NCBI GenBank assembly: GCA_977030845.1
Contig: OZ365109.1
Location: 23,188,001-23,252,000 of the forward strand
Direction of reading: 5' to 3'
DNA from: Fimbriosthenelais zetlandica
Lineage: Eukaryota
Length of the DNA: 64,000 nt
Made by a program: the position numbers and the translations under genes. A model generated the notes under the pieces. That model made no database searches and was not told where the DNA came from. It was given only the letters and a program-made list of their open reading frames with translations. Shown one piece after another: positions 54,825 through 64,000 of the stretch (the stretch's first letter is position 1; each line of letters starts with the position of its first letter).

Positions 54825-54888
54825 TACTGAACTAACGGAAATCCATCAATAGAGTTTATAGCCAGGCGCGGTGCTCACTGCGCATGCG
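54825..54888 (-). promoter_or_regulatory. Core promoter: TATAAA at about -32, Inr-like TCAGT (+1 near 54828), and an upstream NRF1-like TGCGCATGCG
   Basis: The minus strand reads GGCTATAAACT (first T of TATAAA at 54860) and TTCAGTA (A at 54828). TGCGCATGCG is at 54879-54888 in a CpG-rich patch. The spacing is near canonical and the site lies upstream of the signal-peptide exon. Confidence 0.55.
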
Positions 54889-57800
54889 TCAGGCACACCT
54901 ACCGCAGCGCCACCTCAGGGAGGACTCCACCAACGGCGTCAGCCGGAGGTGGGGGCTAAAAATGTCTGCCACGAGCTCGGGCCGGAAAAAGGATGTCCAA
55001 AAAACGAGAGATCTCAGCGAGGGTGGGAGAAAAACGAATGCTAAACCATGAATGTGAACCGAAACACCCTGTCAACACTGTGACAACTTTCTAATCCCTT
55101 CTCCTGGATGTCTGTCAGTTCTTGCAAGGCAGGATTTTTTGCCAAGCTTATTGGAAGCTTCTTCTACATCGAGCTGCCTAATTGGCTGCATTGTCTTTAG
55201 TTATCTTTGTGCCGGGCCCAACGAGTGTTAATTAAGGTTGTCATCCTTGACATTTCCAATGGAACAAATCCACTTCCTTGTGAGCCGGGCGTCAGTGGTT
55301 CTATTTCCACTCCTGGGATATTTCTGGTTTTCTGAATCAAAAATAAACTCTCCCCTTCAGTTCTTCGGCTGGCGCCGCTGTCCGGAAAATACCGAGGCTA
55401 ATCTAATGACGCCATTTGATCATCAAGAGGATTCCCCTTCAACTCACCTTGCTCTATGGACTATGGGATCCTCACAATTGATAGAGAAACAGAATTAGAC
55501 TGAGTTTCTAAAAGCGGGACCCGCGTAAGCGGTGCCGAGGATGCTATGGCTAATACATAGATGCTAATATTAGTGCCTCAAGCTAAAACAAGACCAGAAA
55601 TTGCTAATTTAGCCCGGAATGTTGATAGGCTGAAGTAAATACGTCGACGAATGGCTACTAATAGAAGGAATAGCTGGGGAAAAAGGTGTAAGTGCTGCGG
55701 GAATATAATGACATAATTAAGCTGCTTTGCTAAATTGGAAATTGTGTCTATTTTGATTGGGGAGGAAAATAGAAGATGCTTGGCTAAAAGTATGTTCAAG
55801 CTAGCTCGAAATAACAGGGAGGATATAAACAGATGCAGTTAAATGGCTTATTAAGTATCATTTTATGACCTACGTCATATTGTCTAATTCTATTATTGAG
55901 AATATCACTTATAGAGCAGGACAATATCAGTATCAGTATCAGGGGTATAATAAATACATGAGTTGTATAGATTAGTTTTATTCCATTCCCATACGGTTTG
56001 GTTCTGGGGGACTCCTTTCATTTATTCCCCAGTTTTCTATAATTAATTAATTAAGTGATTTTGCCACTTTTATTTTCATGTAGGAATCAATACGAAACAG
56101 GACCCTGAAAATGAAATAATTATCGATATTAGTGTCAAATAATATTATGGAATTATAAAAAAAAACATGGTCATGATAGAACTTTGTTCATCTTCTTTTT
56201 TCAAAATATTTTAAATTGTTAAAAACGGACAAACAATTACCTGCTTGTATTTTTGTAGACATTTGAATTTTGACTATTTCAGAACCTGAATGGAATGTAC
56301 TTCTATTCCTCTACCGGATTATTCAGTACTTAATCCATTGAAAACCGAAATTTCTATCGCAAAGACAATACTCTCATGTTTTCATACTCTAAGCTAAGAC
56401 ACACAATGTAAGTATCAACTATCTCCGTTTATCCTCGATCGACCTTGGGTACCTGTTATAATGTTAGACATCAGAGGAAGTGTAAGTCTGCACCAAGTAT
56501 AGAAGATCAAAAGATTAGTGTGGAGGGTATACAGGGCGTGGCATCTCAAGGGCCTTATATGTCAATCATGTACATAAATACCACTTAAAAGGCAAACTCT
56601 CCTTGATAACAAAAATACTGACATACTATAATATGCTATAATATAATATGAGTAGCCTGTGTAAAGTGTTGTTAACATTTTGAAGATTACAATCAACCGG
56701 CAGTTCCATTTGTATTATGATCTATCTATTTTACATAAATAATTTACATATACTTGGTTCTCTCATTTGAACTGATCCTTGTGTAAAGTTTCAATTATAC
56801 ATGATTTTAATACGTTCATCCATTTCCTGTAGACAGTTTCGTAAACTTTTCAAAGAGGAACATATTAAGTTAAATGCTAAAGAATAAACCTTGTTCATTT
56901 CCCAACTAATGGAAGCTATGCTCCCCAAAGGTCCTCATACATTTTAAAAACATAGGCCCCTATATTTTACTGCTAAATTGAATCACACACATGGAAGAAT
57001 CAGTCCATGTTCAGCTTAAAGCATTCCAAAGCATTAGGAATTCAGACGTATGACACTGAAGGTAATATATCATTGTTTAGGGTATATAGACAATTGTTCA
57101 CTTTACAATCCATTACATACCCATAATAACAATCATGCACGAATGTTACATCGATTACGAAGTTGATCAATGCTCTCCAGACAAGGAGTAGGAGAATGTG
57201 GGTCGTTTAGCCACTCCATATCCAATATGCTCCACCCATTCAATCTATACAACCCATTTACATAAGCCCTAATTTCTATATCGCCCAAGTCATTTCGATC
57301 CATTCCATATTGACGCGTGAAGCAAGTGGATTTTGAATCCAATCTAAGAACATCTGAGGAGGCGGATTGTTCTGTGTTATGTTTTCCTTCTCTTCGCAGC
57401 TAAATTGACATTAATTGCCACCCTGTGCTGTCTTCTCGAGGGAAAAAGGAACTCCATACATAGAGAGACTGTATGTCGTTCGATATTTTCTATATATCCA
57501 ATTCCACTGGCCTTGCCAATCGGGACAATGGAAGGATCACATCAAGGTGATGGGTATTCATAGACGAGTAGCCTCTCTGCTTCATGAAGCAATAAATGTG
57601 GTGAGGCACTCAACGGTATAATGTCAATACATATGTACCCAATCCTAAATATATGTACATGAATACAATGTATACCGAATTCCTCAAACCAGCAGTGGCA
57701 ACTTCCAATGGCCTTTCATTATTGTCTAAGGTTACTGTTCGATCGACACAAAGCAGTATGAATTACAATGGAAAAATCCACATCAGAGACGTACATCATT

Positions 57801-59614
57801 ATATAGGCCCAATATACTAGATACCATCCTAAGAATGTATACATGTGGGGGAGTCTATACAACATACAGTAAAACACTTGAATACCCTCTTTCTCTATTA
57901 AGATCCCCACTTTCACGACAATGAGAAATTGCTTTGCCTGCCATTTTAAACCCGTCGGAATGAGGAAGGAAAATCCTCTATTTATCACGCGAATCCAACA
58001 TTGCTGCTTCATCCGAGATTATGAATTCTCTGCATAGGAAGGGATTCAAGCATTACACTTATCCCCGTCTACCATGTGGGTAATCCGCGAGATGTCCCAG
58101 CCTTACACTCGGGAACATCCTCCCTATGAACTCATCCAATCGTGCCATGGCCTTCAGATTGCAATGCTCCGTAGACCAAGTATATCTCTCCTATACTTTC
58201 TTGTGCCACTTTTACGGCATGTATTGGTTTTCTCGAAATCATGTCCACTCCAGGACATTCACATATAAAGTGTCTTCTCCCAGCAGGGGCCCATGAAAAA
58301 AGGAGTATTATACATGACTGTATCTCTAAAATGTATACAGCTTCGATGGGCTAGTTGATTCCTTGATTACGTCATAATACAAAGTCTAATTTAGAGCATC
58401 TTTGTCGTGAAACAGGCCTTAGCATATAGTACTGTTATCAATTCCGAAACACAAATTGAACGTGGTTAAATGTTTGCGATAATCAGTCTATAAACAAGTT
58501 GATGTAGATTAGATTTTAACACCGTCATGACAGTACTCATGACACTTGCTACAGTGAGCACATCTATGACGGGAATGTGAAAGAACTGAGTGGACATAAG
58601 TTACTTCTCGAGAAAAAAAATATTCCAGAGGAACCTAAGTTTTATGTGAAAATCTTTCCCCATTCGGTGAAAACCTTCCCCCTGAGTACGAAGCGAAAAT
58701 TTCCTCAGAAGGGGGTAACTCCATGTAATCAATAAGCACATCAGTGGCTTTGAAAATTACTCCCCGTACGAACATACATTAAGAACAATGAGCAGGAAAA
58801 TAGTCAGTCAGTGTGTATCCATGGGTAGTTCGGGTATTGACCTGGATCAGACATTGTAATCTCGAGTCAAAGATCATTGTACGAATTCGGTCAAATGACA
58901 TATAGACGACCATGGGCGCTCCTGATAGCCTCCCGATATCACAGACAAACATAGATGTATGCATTGCTATGCACTCATTTCATACGCGCGATTGCACTAA
59001 ATCTTCCTACTTGATTAAAGGTGGAGTGGATGCTTTCATGAAGGCTTAATAAGGGACGGGGGTTTAGTATTTTAGTTGAGGTTGTTCCACAACTGAGTGA
59101 ATGTATAGGACTGGAGCCAGTATCCACATGAATGTATATCACTTTAAGAGCCTCTATGCCTCGGCATCCTGCACAATCACAAAGATTTGATCAAGTAGGA
59201 GATACTTCTCAGTAGTTATTGATCCGAAGCTATTGTGTATCCCACTTCATACTCGACATGCCTCTTAAAGCACCGGGAGATCACCCCCAATTTTGGCTTA
59301 TCCACGAGTATTCTATAAAGCACAGTGTCATACCGAACGATGGGACTGGCAAAAAGTGTAAAGAATCTATATGATGTAGGATTCTAATGGAGTATAATAT
59401 TGTATCAAATTGAATGCAAAATAGTGTAGTGTACTAACCGAGATTCCCCTCATATATTTTAGTAGATCTTATTCTAGGTAAGTTACAAAATGTACAACTA
59501 ATGAAGTAGCCTACTATATAAATAAGATAAGGCCTATATTTTAAGTTCATATAGTATGCAAAATCCAATTGAGCTATAATATATTTCATTTAAATATAGG
59601 TTTTGAAAGGCATT

Positions 59615-59794
59615 TGGAAACGATCCGTTGTCAAAGGGTAGTTGGGAGTGTGTAGTATATGGAAATGGTCCATTGTCAAAGGGTAGCAGGGAGTGTGTAG
59701 TATATGGAAATGGTCCATTGTCAAAGGCTCGATGGGAGTGTGTAGTATATGGAAATGGTGCATTGTTAAAGGCTAGATGGGAGTATGTAGTATA
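59615..59794. repeat. 45-bp minisatellite, ~4 copies (TCCATTGTCAAAGGGTAGCAGGGAGTGTGTAGTATATGGAAATGG)
   Basis: Units start at 59624, 59669, 59714 and 59759, with few substitutions. Confidence 0.93.
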
Positions 59795-62700
59795 GTGTAT
59801 ATATTATAGTATTTATGCAATTCATGCACAAGAAATACAAATTCAAAGCTAGCTAACAAAACATAATTTAAACAATAAGCAAGGCAACTCATCGATTAAC
59901 CTATGACTAAACTTTCCTTGTACATGCTCCTTTAAAAAACGAAGCAGATACAAATCATAGAAAACTAAAAAGCGAAAATAATCAGACCAAGCTATTTTCT
60001 CTTTTACCAACACGACTTAAGGAAAAACATCCCATGCCCCTAGCATCATTAATCACTCATAGTACCCTTCTTGATCTATGTTCTTCAGACATTTTGCCCC
60101 TCTTCTTGACACTTTTTCTCACTTTGGTTATTTTCCTCCCAAATACTGATTATCATAGTCTTTAAGACTGGAGGCTTAGCTCCTGACAAAGCTAGAAGCC
60201 CCGGAGACATACATAGTAATCAGGATCCATTGGCATGATTACAGACATCGATATATTACTATCAGAGCACATGAATCCTGATGCGCCCATGTAGCTTCTT
60301 TAGATCCCTTATCTTGTGGCCTCCATCCCTTTGGGCCTGCGTCGCCCAGCCATTTAATTGCATCTTCATTTCAAAGAACCCTGGCCATCACTAGAATCCA
60401 CAGCCTTTGTGGTGGTATAAGTAAGCCGCCCATTATGATCTGACTTTTACTTCTTTGGTTTTGTCTTCCATTATTTAAGACAAGTTTTATCCCCCACTAA
60501 AGCATTCTATATATAAGTAGATGGGTCTAGCGATGACGTTGATATCATTTGTAATATGCTAATCCGCCTACGTTTTTGTATGATATTGAATTCATTAGGA
60601 AAGACAATGGAGACAATAGAACATGGACCTGATTCTGCCCCAAAAAGATGCACTGTGTTAATGGGTTTCTTTTCATGAAACAAGTCCCATTTATAGAATG
60701 GCAGGATAAAGGGACTGAATTAACATAGGCTAGACTATATTATTTTTCTTAGTAGAATTGCTCAAGTCCAGGTCCGAGGTTATGTAGGGCCTGTACCTTT
60801 GTTGGAAGGATTTCAAAAATGACAGTTGTCACTGAAATACTCCAACCAAGATGACCTTTTAGGTTTGATTCTGCCCATGACACTTTAAATTTTGTGTTGG
60901 TTCTATATATATTTATATCAACCTTCATTATTCCCTGATGTGTATGAGGCGTAACAGGAAACTACCCAATCCAAAAATAAACACAGACCAGTGGTGTATT
61001 ATATACTATATTGCACAAATTAGCAGAATGTTTGTAAAAACAGTCCTCTTGTGATTTCGGTTCCCATTGTCTTCCAATGGGAGCATCAACAAAATAAAGA
61101 TTAATTAATACAGTTGGGAATAAGCCTCCCATAGGAGATTTTTTACGTGAGAATTTTGTTGTGATTATTTTAAGACCATGAAAATCCGGGACATTAGTCT
61201 TGGTCAGACCGTTGTTTCATCAGTTCAGGATGAAGTCCAATCCCACAGCAATAGATTGCAATTTGCTTTGTGTCCTCTTCGAAACAAATGTAAAACAAAG
61301 GTCAAGGCTAGGAAATGTTAAAAAAAAAATAGACAGAAATAGTACTCACAATGAGGAGACTGGAGACAATGCAATTTTCAGAGGCTTAGGACAGGAATTA
61401 GCCTCAATCAATGCTGTTAAATGGATTCTGAATTGTCCAACTCGTCCCTAGTGCTTAGGTTGTCTGGTAGAGTGAGGAAGCACCTATCAAATGAAGAAGA
61501 ATCAAATTTCGTTGTTGTCGCTGATTGATTTGAAATAGCAAAGGACCAAAATAAATCCTTTCAAGTTTCATGTAATTTAATATCACGATACTATAGAACA
61601 GAGGTTATATTAGTCTCATATATACACAATGGAAACTCACGGGGAAACATATTCAAACGTTATCCATAGCTCTAGACTGCATTAAATTGCAATTTTGCAA
61701 AATAACGCCCATATAATTGGCATTTGGTATGGATACAAGCTGTGGTTTCTCTGATAGCCTACCCATGCTAATAAAGATGTTATGAGGATAAGAAGATGCT
61801 TAATTTGTTGTCTCGTGCAAATACTTGTAATGCCATCGACTTCAATTTTAAGCAATGCATGCACGTGATATTCGTGGCAAGGAAAGGAAGCTAAAACAGT
61901 TAATCGCAATTATATAAAGGTGTTTTCAAAAGAAATTAACTTATTTTATTTTATATTTTCTTCAATCCAATAATTAGTAAAACTTTCATTGCTGATAAAT
62001 GTCATAATACATCATCCGAGCTTTGACACTTTAAAACGAAAATCAAGGTAGGTACCTGGGTGTATCTGTTAAAAATTCACATCCTGTAATTTATAATGCA
62101 CTGCAATGAACCTGGATGCTTTGTTTGAAGTAATAAATAACGTCTGAAGTTTGCATAGTACAAAATCTCACCAAATAGTCTAACATCAGAGGCATTTGCA
62201 GGACACAAAGAAACACGAATTAAACGAATAAGTCCGGAAATATTAAAGCCTTCCAATAGTTCTACTATTATAATAGTCTAGCATAGCATGAGTATAAAGT
62301 CTTGTATGAAGTAGAAGATACTAAAAATATGAAAATATGGTTGTCGGACTTTTTCTACCACAATAATATGATATGATTGTCAAGTCTCAAAGGTCGTCCC
62401 TATAGCTATGTTCACTGAAAGGTTGCTACTATAGTTGCATTAAATCACAAAGTTGTACTTTGAAATTCTGTAAATATAGCCAAACTTCCAGTAGCAAAGT
62501 GTTTGTAATTTGCTTAAGGGTCAGAGTGGGTAAGTGTTATATTACACGCGAGTGTATAATAATTGAAGGGAATCACAAAGTAACCAAAAGCTCGGAGCTG
62601 AAAAGCTCAGGTTGGCCAGCTTAGATTCGTCCAATTATAGCAGTTGCGAAAGGAGATACTGGAATTTCAATCCCATAAAATGTATAAACAGTATTGGAAA

Positions 62701-64000
62701 AATATACAATATTTCAGCTGACATTGACTTGCAGGTCACTGAATTATTTCCTCACATTATAATTTTGACAGGTATGTTTGGTTACCCTATAAGTATGTAA
62801 ACTCTTTATACACAATGGCAAAACATTATTTTTTTCTGTGGATTCCTATAGGCAGCTAGTTATTATCACATACATGCCCTATATGCCTACATGAAACGAA
62901 TACAACTAGAAAATGACAGGAAAAAAATTTAATTAACTTAAATCAATACCGAAAATGCTGTCTCATTGGTGAATCATGAAGATTATTATCCCTTCACAGA
63001 CAAAATCTATAGGGGTCTCATCTTAACAAGAAGACGCCAATGTCACGTGAACCCGTCAAATTGTGATTTTGCAGGAAACGGAGCTGTAATTTCCACGGCT
63101 AAAACAACGCGAAATGAAAAATATCCCAGCTCTGAATGGAGCCTTCACAAGGAGAGAGTTCATATTGAAGCCTGATCCTAGTCCATTTCCAACCATGTGG
63201 GTTGTTTCATAAGAATTTGCATTAACGACCCACGGGTTAAAATATGCTGTATTTTGGAAATAGGTGGGTGGGGCCTGTTTTTATTACAAAGTGGAAAATT
63301 GATGAGTCGAGCATGTCGCGGAAAGCAAATTCAAATTTTATCAATTAAAAAGACATTTTTCACCGAACTGTTGTTAATGATATATGTGTAACTGTTGAAC
63401 GAATAGTATTCCCTCTTCTACCTTGAGGAATATTATCCATAGTCAGTTAGCATTGCTAATATTCCTTTTGAAACAGACCCCAGGGAAGCGGGAGATCTCA
63501 TTAATTTTATCACGAAACAAACCCCTGAACCATTCGCGTTGGAGTTGTGTGAAAGTGGATTAGCACTTCCTGTTTTGCTTCTATGAAACTACAGTGTATT
63601 CTAGTGCAGAATCATTAATTTTTACGTAAAGTCCATTTAACCATCAAGCTGTATAGGACATAGATAACTATGCTTCATGCAGTCATTCAAAGTGAGTCAG
63701 ACACACAGACAGAAAGTCAACAAAAAAGACCTTCGCTGAAATTAATATTCATAATTAAATCGGAAACAAGTTGAAAGGTTTTTCATTACATCAGTGGTCA
63801 GTCTGGACGGTTATTGGCTTATTAACGCAAATGCTAACTATGGCCCGGCAATAACGTCTGAAAAGAAGTGGTTGTTAAATTTGTGCTGAATTGCGGTTGG
63901 GGTGTTTTTATGAGTGCATTTAGCTAGGATGCTGTGGATGTGAGAGCTTGTAACCTTTCTGTGAGGTAGGCGGGACTTCCTGCCAGCGTCAGATTAACTG

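Noticed and set aside
59615-59794. 45-bp repeat as a CRISPR array
   Set aside because: The units are contiguous with no unique spacers.

Overview
This is eukaryotic (metazoan) genomic DNA, so most short ORFs in the six-frame track are noise. The protein family suggests a lophotrochozoan such as an annelid, but that is an inference. One protein-coding gene can be assembled on the minus strand from six GT-AG exons: 54343-54277, 21480-21196, 14356-13967, 13547-13395, 13012-12877 and 12495-11958 (1569 nt, 522 aa). It encodes a type-I membrane protein: signal peptide, SUEL/galactose-lectin-like domain, CUB-like domain, 4-Cys sushi-like module, TM helix and a ~180-aa tail. A TATA+Inr core promoter lies at ~54828-54860, and a candidate second promoter/first exon lies at ~23775-24028. 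The 32.8-kb first intron contains the most striking non-genic object, a 1835-bp non-autonomous foldback element (24554-26388). It has perfect 86-bp termini, ~640-690-bp arms built from self-palindromic 18-bp subunits, and an unusual 6-bp target duplication (CCCAGA). Downstream of the gene (3.9-5.1 kb) is a CpG-rich module: three ~64-bp hairpin-containing repeats, NRF1/YY1-like motifs and a 55-aa SAP/HeH-like ORF, probably a transposon relic. Minor repeats are a (TC)28 microsatellite, a 45-bp minisatellite, a degenerate 21-bp repeat and a 62-bp mini inverted repeat. I recognised no rRNA, tRNA or CRISPR array.
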